Notes under the pieces: model-generated | What the model saw: only the letters and a program-made list of their open reading frames with translations | Told to the model about the DNA's origin: nothing | Databases searched by the model: none | Assembly (NCBI RefSeq): GCF_018977255.1 | Contig: NW_024704743.1 | Coordinates: forward strand, 61,630,001-61,694,000 | Length of the DNA stretch: 64,000 nt | Direction of reading: 5' to 3' | From: Callorhinchus milii | Taxonomy: Eukaryota | Made by a program: the position numbers and the translations under genes | Part shown: piece after piece, positions 27,405 to 39,291 of the stretch | Layout of the letters: the number at the start of each line of letters is the position of its first letter | Position numbering within the stretch: the first letter of the stretch is position 1

Positions 27405-27726
27405 GGAGTCCTGTAGCTCAGTGGATAGAGCACTCGCTTTGCAAGCGAGAGACCTGAGTTCAATTCCAGCCAGGGCGAAACCTTGGGCAAGTTTCCTTAC
27501 TCCACACGTCTAATAATAATCCCTCCAAAAACCAAAAAACAATAATAAAATCGGTCATTTTCAATCTACGACTGTTTGTGGGACATTGCTGTGCGCAATT
27601 GGCTGCCGCGTTCGCCCACAAATATACAGTCAATTCACTTTACAGTGTGTTCTGTGAAGCGCTTTGGGACGTCCTCCCGACATGAAAAGCGCTATATCAA
27701 ATGCAAGGATTATTATTATTATTATT
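27405..27726 (+). mobile_element. tRNA-Ala-derived SINE, short subfamily
   Basis: GGAGTCCTGTAGCTCAGTGGATAGAGCACTCGCTTTGCAAGCGAGAGACCTGAGTTCAATTCC with a TGC anticodon loop; lacks the internal segment; tail GGGACGTCCTCCCGACATGAAAAGCGC. Confidence 0.92.
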
Positions 27727-28301
27727 TGTCCTTGAAGCAAACGCGTCAAATTCATTAGATCTGTTGTTAGTTTATTAATTCTCACAGGGGTCTCTAATCC
27801 ACAAGTAGATAGCGTTGCTCTTTGTGGACACAATTGAATTGTTTCATCCCAGGCCTAATCGGGTGCCAGTTGCCAGCGCAGCTGTTCAGACATAATCCTG
27901 GAGCTGTTTGAAAATCCACTTCTCACTGCACTTCAATGGAATTGGGAGCAGGGGTTTAAAAGGGCGTGTTTTCAGGTTGTGTTGGAACCGTAGTGATCCA
28001 GGAATCAAAAATCAATTCATGGTTCTGAAAGCAATCTTATTTTATAAATGGAAATAGATTAAGATCAGTGAAATAGAAGAAATTTATCTTCATCCCAGCC
28101 AATCATCAGACACACCTGTGCAAATGTTATATACAGCTTTAGCAAGGTTAATGTTTAAAATGTTAGGTAATGATTAATGTTGACAGGAGCTGGACAGACA
28201 GACCAGTCACTGCAGCCAGGGATTATTCCCACTCGGCTCCAAAAACTAGTCTTGCGCCTAAAGGTGAGCAGCTCTCCAACCATTCTTTCATGAAAATAGA
28301 G

Positions 28302-28615
28302 TAATAATAATAATCCTTACATTTGATATAGTGCTTTTCACATCGGGAGGACGTCCCAAAGCGCTTCACAGAATACACTGTAAAGTGAATTAACTGCATA
28401 TTTGTGGGCAAACGCGGCAGCCAATTGCGCACAGCAATGTCCCACAAACAGTCGTAGATTGAAAATGACCAATTTATTATTGTTTTGTTTTTTGGAGGGA
28501 TTATTATTAGGCGTGTGGAGTAAGGAAACTTGCCCAAGGTTTCGCCCTGCCTGGAATTGAACTCAGGTCTCTCACTTGCAAAGCGAGTGCTCTAACCATT
28601 GAGCTACAGGACTCC
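28302..28615 (-). mobile_element. tRNA-Ala-derived SINE, short subfamily
   Basis: Full head to (TTA)n tail; possible target-site duplication (TSD) AGAGTA at 28298-28303 and 28616-28621. Confidence 0.92.
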
Positions 28616-29689
28616 AGAGTACTGGATTCTCTCAACATCACAGATATGTATCAGCCATCAGAAAATAAAGTTCCAATGACCCCAAAATCTTCAAAAGATA
28701 AATCTGAAATGCAAATGTGCTGAAGGAAATCTGACTAGAAACAATTTTTTTTCCATTATCTGAACGCAATTGCAGAGAGAGAGCGAAAGAGAGAGAAAAG
28801 CATCATTAATGTTTCAGATGGATGGTAAGAAACATCAAATGTAGCACTGAAACACGCTCGCATAATGCTTCATTTATAATGCATTGAATCTGCTACCACG
28901 TATTCCATTCAAGATCATCATTTTTTTTAAAAGGCCAACATTATCAAACAGAAAGCATTTGCTTGATTGGAGAATCTCCTTCATTTTCACTGTCAGCTTG
29001 TGAATGATTACTTTTCTACCAACAAGCAGTCATTAAAATACGATTTACATGAAGCAGACACTGCAAAGCTGTAGGATGGGGTAGTGGTGATATTGTCAAA
29101 TGGCCAAGTTCAACAGTTCTTTGATTTCACTCATTCAGTTCATAACAAGATTACATCCTTTTAACCATGGCAGTTGGGTTTTTTTTCGAACCCAATTTTG
29201 GGATGGGAGTTATATTTAATACTGAGCACTAGTCTGGAGGTATCATGCATTATGTAAGGCTTACAGGGAAGTAATTCAGAAGAGAATTTATCAAGGGACA
29301 AGTAAGAAAAATGTTAGTGCTGCATTTGCAATTGAGTAGGTGGATTTGTGTGGGTGTCTACGTGGATTAGCTGGAAACTGCATGCCATTGCAATGCAATG
29401 ACTTACTTATGTTTCCACCTCAGTGCTATCATTTGTTTTTTTTCCATTTAGATGTAAGGAAACATTTACAATTCTCAGACAATTTTTATAAAAGTAACTA
29501 TATTTTAACAAAATCTTCGACTTCCATCCTCCTCAGGGTACAAAAAGTCATTGAAGTGTGATTACTAGATGTTCATCATGATTCTCACCCTGCAATCTCA
29601 TGTCCAGATTTCATTTTGAATGCTATGTCTCAGCCGAATTCCTTGCTTTACTTATAGCCTTCTCGGCTGCCAATTTGGTTTGGTTCTCC

Positions 29690-29940
29690 TTAATCTACTA
29701 AAACCTTACCAACCTGCCCGCTTCCGATCAGCAGGCACTTGCCTGCTCTGTGTCCCTCGTTCATCCCGCCCACCTTCAGGCGTCAGGCCTTCAACCTTTC
29801 TGCACCCTCCCCTTCTGGAACTTCATCGCAGAGTCCCTTTGCCTCACCCACTCCCTTGTTTCCTTTAAGCCCGTCTCAAAACCTTTCTCTTTAACTGTGC
29901 CTTTGGTCATCCTCACACCCCTTCCACCCTTGCCCTCCAA
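29690..29940 (+). mobile_element. L2 LINE 3' fragment
   Basis: LLKPYQPARFRSAGTCLLCVPR motif, followed by an L2 3' UTR-like sequence. Confidence 0.75.
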
Positions 29941-30349
29941 AGTCCAAACAGTTTTTGTTCCCTTCTGTTTTTTCCCTTCTCTCCTGAATATTTTCACAAA
30001 GACTTGACCTGATAATCTAGGCTGACAGTATTTAGGGAAAACTATGATGTTCAAGCATCAGATCCTAAATCAGTTAGAAGTTAAAAATCACATAGCAGCA
30101 TTTTGAAGACAAGGTCTCCCAAATTGCTGACCAATATTCCTCCTTATGTAAATTCAGATTATTTCATCACCATCTCGCTGCTGGTTATGTAATGACATAG
30201 ATTAGTTGCTACATTTTACCTATAGAACAATTTTCAAAGCACATCAAAATGTCTAAAAGTGCTTCACAAAGCTTTTTGAGATATTTTGATGTGACAAGGC
30301 ACCATGTGAAAAGCAAGCATTATTTTATATATTACAATTTGGATGTTCA

Positions 30350-30616
30350 ATGGATGCTGGTGGCCCTTTATTACCTCATCCAAGTAACCTTCTCATGTGT
30401 GAGCCAAGACAGTGACTGTTGTATGGCTATTCTACAGTGGAGAGTATCATAGCCATACACAATTATGTTCTTCCCTGACAGCAACATATGTCTGCTATAT
30501 AGCGTGGGCCCTGGATAGCAACCAGAAGTGACAATCTTGGCTGATTTAGCCTAGGGACACTGAGGCCAATTTTAGCACCCCTTTACCACTGAACTGAGAT
30601 CAACTAACTCAGTCCA
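30350..30616 (-). mobile_element. AmnSINE2-like SINE
   Basis: Minus strand CTGAGTTAGTTGATCTCAG...GGGTGCTAAAATTGGCCTCAGTGTCCCTAGGCTAAATCAGCCAAG...GCTATCCAG...GAATAGCC...TCACTGTCTTGGCTCACACATGA, colinear with the AmnSINE2 consensus as recalled. Confidence 0.7.
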
Positions 30617-33080
30617 TTGTTAAAAAGCCTTTTCTTTTCAAGCTGAAGAATATCAAATAACACAATGCCTATTTTTGAATCTAATGGAAAGTGCTAGACA
30701 ATATCAGCACTGTGTTGCTTTAAAATGCAGGGACTCTAGTTTTATAGCCAAACTTGACGTCTAATCTGTACCAAGAAAATACACAGTCAAACCACTTAAC
30801 AATACATTTTATGAAGCGTTTTGAGATGTCTCAACAATGTGAGAAAGCACTATATCAAATGCAAGGATTACTATTATAAGAACATCTCACAAACAACAAT
30901 GAATAACCAATTTACCTTATTTTCTGAATTTGAATGAGGAAGGAATATCAGCCAGGACATTGGGAGAATTCTCTGAATTGTGAATTCTATTCAAAAAGAG
31001 AAGGGAGTTTCTCCCAGTGTCTTAGCCAACATTTCCCCAAATAAAATTGGTCACTCACTCCATGGTTATTTGTGGGACATTGATGTGCACAAATTGGTTA
31101 CTGCGTTCACCTTCAAAATGCACAGTCATAATGCTTTACAGTATATCCTACAAATCACTTTGAGATGTCCTCCCCACATGAAAGCCAGTCAGGATTATTG
31201 TTATTATTTGACACCTGATGATCGCAGGTTTGAGCCCACACAAGGTGCATTGCGGGTTCCAGGAACTCAGCATTAGCTTCACTTTACATTGAAATCCTGT
31301 GGAGGGAATCACACCTTTGAGACATGTCGAAGGTGTGATAAGGTGCTATATCAAATGCAAGGATTCTTATTCTTATCCATAATAATTAATAAGCATCAGT
31401 ATTTCTGACATTTTCTGCTCATATTCAGTGCTTTGTTACTGCCATGCAGACGATATCACATGCTGCTGTGCTGCCAATCACTGGCAAAAAGCATCAATAC
31501 CGGTGCTGCCTCTTCCACTGTTGAGTGCCGCCCTTCAGAAATGGGTGGTGCAGTTTAACTGCCATGAACATGTAAAGGCACTGCTTTAAGTAAATCACCT
31601 TCTCACTTGTATTAATCATTATTCAAGAAATAATACATAAGTGCCTGTTGTGGGTATTACATGTCAATTAACAGACGCTGGACTCTGCATTGCATAGTAA
31701 CCAAACTGTTGTTGGGATTGCCTCTGTGATTTGCATGCCGTTTTGTATGTATGTAAGTATATAATTATATAAGTTACATATAATATATATGGAAAGGGCT
31801 TCTCATAAAGTGCTGATTCCACCATTGGAACCTGAGGTGCTGACCATATTAAAGCGGTCAGTGAGCTACTGGACTGCACTAAGCAGATTCATTTACTGGC
31901 AGATAAAAGAGAAGCTGTGTAGGAAGTGCAACCTTCAGAGAAATCAAAGCGATAACAACAAAAGAGAGGAAAAGGAAGCCAGGATTACGCAGCCAGGATG
32001 CAAGAAGCAACCTTACAAACCAAATGACAATGGCCAGCGAGGGCATTTAATGTGCAGTAATGAGCAGGAATGGCATTTGGATGTATTCAGGTCACAGATA
32101 GGAATTCAGAACTACGCTTCAGAAAGCATTTCTATTTCTCGGCATTTCCATTAGTTTGTTGAGGTGCTGTTAACCCCAAAATGACCCTGACAGAAAACAA
32201 CCTTTGGTTGCTTTCTCAAACACTCTGAAGCTACTTTGTTATTTCAAGTCAGTTAATGGATGGTTTGAGAGATTAATTCTCAATTTGTGAGTGAAGTATT
32301 CAACTTTCTTGTCTTGTGTGTATATCGTTCTCTGCAAGTCCATACATTTAGTAACCATGTTGTGCATTTATAATGGGATTGTCCAATGTCTGCAAATTAA
32401 TCATCAAGTAAAGAATAAGCAGCCCTGACTTCTGGGGCATTCGGTCACTGTCGACATTACTCTCCGCTCCCTGCACATGCACAACATAATAATAAATATA
32501 TAAATAATAATAAATATATAAATGTAAATTGTTGTTGTAATAATAATCTTTGCATTTGATATAGAGTCTTTTATGCCAAGAGGACGTCCCAAAACACTTC
32601 ACAGGATATACTGTAAAATGGTGCAGTGACTGTGTGTTTTTTGTGGGTAAATGCGGCAGCCAATTTGGGCACAACAATGTCCCATCTACCCTTTGCACTT
32701 CGTTGCAGCAATGTGGTAGCTTTGCACAATACCATTAACAGGGCCCAGATCTCGGTCAAACTACCATCAGGCAGTGCTGTGGATCCCAGCCTCTTTCCCA
32801 CAGGGAGGGAGACATCAAAGGCCATGGCACACCTTCTGGTAGCTGGTTAAAGGTCAGCAGTGCCAGAGCTGGAACAGGTTTCCTGGCTACCCTCTCGCAC
32901 AGGAGGTGAGTTGTTTTAGAATGAAGTCCAAGAAAGAAACAGAATAACAAACAGCCCGTCCTCTGAAAAAAATACCCTTTACAGAAAAACTGGTTGGTTC
33001 ACTTTGAGACATTCTTGATTTGATAAGGCGTTATATCCAATACAGGGATTATATTATGATTATTATTATTGGCATGATAG

Positions 33081-33570
33081 GTGTCAGCCTGGTTTGATTG
33101 ATAGATCTCTCGCTCTCACCTCTGAGTTAGAAGGTTGTGAGTTCAAGCCCCCATCAGAAACTTAATTTCACAGTCCAGGCTAACACTCCAATGCAATGCT
33201 GTGGGTGCGCTGAATTGTTAAAGGTACCATCTTTGGATGAGATGTAAAATCAAGGTCTTATCTGCCTTTTTAGGTAGATACAAGCACCTTGGGATATCCT
33301 CCCAACATGAAAGGCACTATACAAATGTAATTTTGTATTTTGTACAATACAAATTTACATTAATGTAGCGCCTTTCATGTTGGGAAGACATCCCAAAGCA
33401 CTTGTAATAAATATCCCATGGCACTATTTGAAAAAAGGAGAGAGTTTCGCTGGGTCTTGGCCAACCATTTCCCAAATAAAACTGTTCTTTCAGTTCATGG
33501 TTATTTATGGGGCATTGCTGCATTGCTGTATTTAAAACTGGCCACTACGGTCACCTGCAAAATATACAGT
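33081..33570 (+). mobile_element. Deu-domain SINE containing a tail-to-tail L2 3'-end insertion
   Basis: Head GTGTCAGCCTGG...; the Deu core is interrupted at 33281-33404 and resumes ...ATCCCATGGCACTATTTG. Confidence 0.8.
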
Positions 33571-34819
33571 GGTTTGTGATAAGTTCAGGATCCTTTGATC
33601 AATTGACCACCTTATAACTATCTATTTTATAACCCTCTTATGCATTTTAAATCCCTGCACTTGATACAAAACTGCACACAGTCCATATTACTGTGTACAG
33701 TCAACATTTTTTTTCTCATAGAAATACTATTTGAAAAAATATGGTCACTCAATCCACGACTCTTTGTGGGACACTGCTATGTGCAATTGGCTGCCGCATT
33801 TCACACACAAAATATACAGTCAATTCATTTTACAGTCTATTCTGTGAAGCGCTTTATGATATCTCCACAAAGTGATAAGGCACTATATCAAATGCAAGAA
33901 TTATTATTATTGTTTATACAGTCACTAAACTTTACAGTAAATCATGCAACATGTTGAGATGTCTGAATGACATGAAAAGGAGCTATATAAAATGCAAGGA
34001 TTATTATCACTATTGCCATTGGCACAACATTGTTAAGGAACCTTCCTTGGAACCACAGCATACTACATCTCAGTATAAACTGCTTAATTTATTTGCAGGA
34101 TGAGGGTAATGCTACAACAACAACTTACATTTATATAGTGCACCTCAAGCAGGGTAGTGTCCGAGAGTTCTTGTTTCCAGCTGTTGATTTCAGCTGCAGT
34201 TATCAGCACATTCCAGCTCATTGATACATGATGACATTAACTGAAGGATATTAATTAATTGAGAAAGGGGTATTAAAAATTGTTTTCCTCATGTAGTAGC
34301 TCATTTAGGGTACTCCATTGCCCCATACATTGTATAGATTTTATTTTTACTGCTCTTTAACAGGTACAAATGGGACATGAAACCCATGGACAAAAATTGA
34401 TACTGTGGAACAGAATTAAAACTAAATCAAATAGTGAATTATGGAAAGCGATTGTGAGGCAGGATTTAACAAGCAGAGCAGATTCACATGAACGCTGAGA
34501 TTAAATTAAAGGTTGGAGTTTACTCCAGGGAATCCATTAATTTTGTAATATACATTGGGAATCTCTCATGGGTTGTTTTGTTCAGATCTACATCGGTTTC
34601 CCTGGCAGCGGTAGCTTGAGTAAGGCTGAGGGCCAGGGAATTCCCTCTGACTGAGTCACTCTGACATCCCCACTGAGGAATGAGTGAGAATTATTGAAAG
34701 CTTATCAAGTGATAATCAATAGGTAATGACTGGGAAGTACCAGGCAGTGCACATTTCAGTAGAAAAGACAGGTTTACGAGTATTTAAACTAAAACATTCA
34801 TTTTGAAGCAGGGAATTGT

Positions 34820-34960
34820 TTTTGTTGGTTAGCAATGTGTGTTTAACACATGCGGAAATCCATCACCAATGCTTAAGAGTATCTCAAACCAGACTGCAAA
34901 TTCCACATACACACATATATATAATGTCACTAACACATACCATAGATGTTATCTGGAGCT
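34820..34960 (-). repeat. Unclassified dispersed repeat, 3' portion (short copies also at ~15515-15560 and ~37858-37908)
   Basis: Plus strand TTGGTTAGC...ACACATGCGGAAATCCATCACCAATGCTTAAGAGTATCTCAAACCAGACTG. Confidence 0.7.
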
Positions 34961-35142
34961 GACTCAACTCCAAAAAGACCTTGCTTCCCTCTGCCCCATG
35001 TTATTATGTATTATGTTTTCTTTTAAATTCAGCTGCAGATATTTGTTCAGTGGGTAAACATGCCGGAGATGTACATTGCCTAAGATCTTGGACCTCCTGC
35101 TTTTCTTCCTCTTCATTTGTGCTAAAGTGCTTGAAAAGAATT

Positions 35143-35947
35143 TAACATAACATAACATGTAGGAGCAGGAGTAGGCCATTCAGCCCTTCGAGCCTACCCC
35201 GCCATTCAATCATGCCCGATCTTCTAATCTAACTCCAGCTAATAACCTGACCCTGCCTTATCCCCATATCCCTTAATCCTTTTTGCAATAAGAAATCTAT
35301 CTATCTCAGTCTTGAATATGTTCAAGGACTGAGCGTCAACAGCCCTTTCGGGTAGTGAGCTCTATACATTCACCGCCCTTTGAGTGAAGAAGTTTTTCCT
35401 CAACTCAGCGCGAAAGGGCTGCCTCTGATTTTAAGGTTGTGACCCATGGTTTTAGTTTCTCCAACCAGGGGAAACAATCTCCCACTATCTACTCTATCAT
35501 AGCCTTTGATGATCTTATAGATTTCTATAAGAACCCCTCTAATTCTTCTATATTCTAGAGAATATAGGCCTAAATTGGTCAGCCTATCCTCGTAACTCAT
35601 CCCCTTCATCCCTGGTACTAACCTAGTAAATCTACGCTGCAACCCCTCCAAGGCAATACATCCTTCCTTAAATAAGGAGACCAAAACTGGACACAGTATT
35701 CCAGGTGTGGTCTCACCAGGGTCCTACACAGTTGCAGCAAGACTTCCCTACTCCTATACTCTAATCCTTTCATACTGAATGCTAACATACCGTTCGCCTT
35801 CCTAGTTACTTGCTGTACCTGCCGACTAACTTTCTGTGATTGGTGTACAAGGACACCCAAGTCCCTCTGGACGGTAACACATTCCAATCTCTCCCCTTCT
35901 AAAAAATAACCCGCTCTACTATTTTGCTACCTCGGTGGATGACTTCA
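35143..35947 (-). mobile_element. CR1 LINE 3' fragment (ORF2 C-terminus + 3' UTR), relatively young
   Basis: Overlapping frameshifted ORFs QRDLGVLVH...LVRPHLEYCVQFWSPY and LEGLQRRFTRLVPGMKGMSYEDRL; (TGTTA)n tail. Confidence 0.95.
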
Positions 35948-36894
35948 CAAATTTATTTTGCTAATTTTGAAATCTGGGACTGAGGCAATGCAACCGGCAA
36001 TAGTTAAACAATTCTGTGTATTTCCAGATGTTTGAGAATTTAAATACACTGCAGTCCATTTATAACACACTTCACTGTAGCACAAATTCACCAATAACGT
36101 TTGACCGTTCCCACACCCTAATGTAATGGTTAGAATTGCTGCCGTTTGTGAACTCCAACATGGCTCACTCCAAACCAAGCTCCAGTTCTCTTAAATAACA
36201 AGAGAGAATGAGAGAAAGGTGAGGCAAGCAAGGAGAAAATATTCAAAAATACAGACTGAGAGGGAAAGAGGAGCGAAAGCGATAGAGACAACACAGAAAA
36301 GTTTCCTTTTTTGTGCTGTGTTCAACAAATTACAAACACAAATAAAAAGAAACAAGCTTGGGTTATCTCCATTTACAGGAATATCTGAAGACACTATTTT
36401 TTCTCTTTGCAATATTGTGTTAATAAAGATCTGGCTTGCACTGAAGGCTAAACTTCTATTAAAAAAGCCTTTTATTAACAATGATGTTTTAGCTGCACAC
36501 TAACCTACTGAATACTTAGAATGAATGAATGCCAAAGCAGATTCACTTCATCTTTTTATCGTTTTATCATTGCAGCAGTCTGAAGGAATTCTGAACGCCT
36601 TCAGGTATCCTATTTCTTGAACAGATGCAAGTTAATTTCCTAACTGTAAAGGGCGGATAATTTCTGAGGTGTACATCAATGCCAATCAAGTATCTGACCA
36701 ATGGTGACATTTCAGCAACAATATGAACATAGCAGTTGTCATTATCATCTTGCACTGTTATTATCCAAATATCAATAACTTTCACAGTAAATCTAAATTT
36801 CGTAATGGAAAAAAATCTTGTTAAAAGTCAACTTTTTTGTGCTTCAAAGTGCATCAATAATAATAATAATTTTTGTGTTTCAAAGTCCAACATC

Positions 36895-37267
36895 AATAAT
36901 AATAATCCTTGCATTTGATATAGCGCCTTATCACGTCTTCGAGATGTCTCAAAGCGCTTCACAGAATATACTGTAAAGTGAATTAACTATATATTTTGTG
37001 CATGAAACGCAGCAGCCAATTCTGCACAGCAGTGTCCCACAAAACAGTTGTGGATTGAAGTGACAAATTTATTTATTATTACTTTCTTTGAAGGAATTAT
37101 TTATTACCTCTGAAAAAGTGATCTGCCAGTTAACTAACAACCAAGTTCCTACTTACTGCTAGGTAAACAGAGGCGTGTAGCGTAAAGAAACTTGCCCAAC
37201 GTTTCGTCCTCCCGGGAATCAAACCCAGGTCGAGGCAAGTGCTCTAATCATTGAGCTACAGGATTCC
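36895..37267 (-). mobile_element. tRNA-Ala-derived SINE, long subfamily
   Basis: Head with a small deletion, internal segment present, (TTA)n tail; possible TSD CATCAATA. Confidence 0.9.
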
Positions 37268-37459
37268 ATCAATATGAAAGATAGCACCAGAGGTCAGTGA
37301 ATTTACCAACAAGAGGAGAACAAACACTGAAAATGGTCAAGGCATAACTACTAATAACTACTAATATCGAATAATAACTACTAATAACTACTAATAAATA
37401 ATAATAAATAATAATCTGTAGTCCCCTATCTCCCAACAATAATAATGCAATGCTCCCAA

Positions 37460-37770
37460 CAATAATAATAACCCTTATGTTTGGTGAAGCGCCTTTCATG
37501 TTGGGATAACATCCCAAAGCACTTCATAGGATATACTGTAAAGTGGAGTGACTGTTTTTTGGGGTAATCCCTGCAGACAAGTTGCACACAATATGAAGTG
37601 AGTGACCAATGACACCAGGAAAAACTCCCTTCTCTTTTTGAATATTGCCGTGGGATCTTTAACACCCACTTGAACAAGCAGGCGAGACCTTGGTTTACCA
37701 ACTCTTCCGAAGGATGGCCTGAAAAGACAATACTCAAACTCAGAATTTTCACACAGATAGGCATCAGATA
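37460..37770 (-). mobile_element. Deu-domain SINE fragment
   Basis: Minus strand AAACCAAGGTCTCGCCTGCTTGTTCAAGTGGGTGTTAAAGATCCCACGGCAATATTC, followed by the tail. Confidence 0.75.
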
Positions 37771-39291
37771 GGAACAAAATATAATAATCCACAGAATTTA
37801 CTGTAGAGTGGAGTGATTGTCTCTTTTGTAGGCAAACATTATTGGGCGGGAGCGGTGGGGTTAGCCAAGTGTCTGACACATCTGCAAAACGCATCACCAT
37901 GACAAGATACAGTAGATGTGTACACAGCAAACTCTGCCCGATGGCTGAAAAGTTTGGGGGTGATTTTCAAAGCAGAATGCTCCTGCTGTTCCAAACTCTT
38001 AGCCTGCTGACAAACTCTCTCATGCAGTTATTATTATTATGTATAAACTCTCTCATGCGGTGACAAGGTTTTCAGAGTGCAACAATGCAAGATTACTGGC
38101 ACATTTTTCATAGGAGTAAACAATTGTACAAGACCTGAAAAGACCTTTGAGGCCAGTCTCAAAGTAACATAAAATCCCACACGCTTCATTCCTTAATTGA
38201 ATTCTTCACCATAATAGTAGCCTAATTCCCTCCTAAATTCGCTGACACAATCATATTTATTTCCTGTCGTACTGAGAACACTGCAATTTATATTCTACAG
38301 CCGAGCATTTTCTTGGGGGAAGAGAGAGACGGTTGGTTCAATAACTTCAGTTTGCAATCACGTAGTTGTTACACAACAACAACAACTTGCATTTATTTAG
38401 CGTCCTTCACGCAGGATAGTCTTGGAGAAAAGACCTGTCACTTTGGGTGTTTCTGAGAAAACGGTGTTTGATTCTGCACATAAGCCTAGTTCCAGTCGTT
38501 TTCTGTGTTCCAAGATATTGCCTGAGTGTTGCACTGTGGCCTATAAATCTTCCAGACAGTTTTTCTGTTGTTATATGTAATTTTCCAATGTTCTCAGCGC
38601 CAGTAAATAAATGCCTAAACCATTGTTTAGTCTAGGCGAAGTCCTCCCACCAAGACAGACTCAAGCCTGAATGCAACTCCACTTTCAATCCTGAGCTTCG
38701 CATAATAGTTCACCCACAAAATATACAGTCACACCACTTTACAATATGTCCTGGGAAGCGCTTTGAGACACAGCATCATATGGTTCTATATCAATTGGAA
38801 GAATTATTATAATTTATTATTGTACCACAATTTCTATTTCTATGGGTTCCTATGTTCCTTAATAAGAATCCAAGTTAGAACTCCTTCCATTAAGTAACAT
38901 ATATAACTATATACTTGGGCACAATAGTTGTGAATTGTGCACTTTTTTTAAAATTCAGTCTTGATTTGGAAGCTGGTCTCTTTTAACAAATGTGGACAAA
39001 TAGCATTCAAATTATAGGCTAAGACTAATTTACAGCAAAGAAAAAGGGCAGTTAGCCCATCGTGCCTGTGATGGCTCTTTGAAAGACCAATTAATTCAGT
39101 CCCAATTACTTGCCTTTTCCCCATACCCCTGTGAATTTGTCCTTTTTATTTAGCTTTCCTATGAATGCTAAATAAAAAGCAGTAACTGCACTTTATGATA
39201 TAACCTGTAAAGCGCTTTGAGACATTTCTCCTGATGTGAAAGGCACTGTATCAAATGTAAGCATTATTGTTATTATTTTCTTAATTTAAAT

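Noticed and set aside
27405..27477. tRNA-Ala(TGC) genes (also at 28545-28615, 42730, 57487, 59740-59811)
   Set aside because: The acceptor stem is not closed, and each runs directly into the SINE body and L2-type tail, so these are SINE heads.
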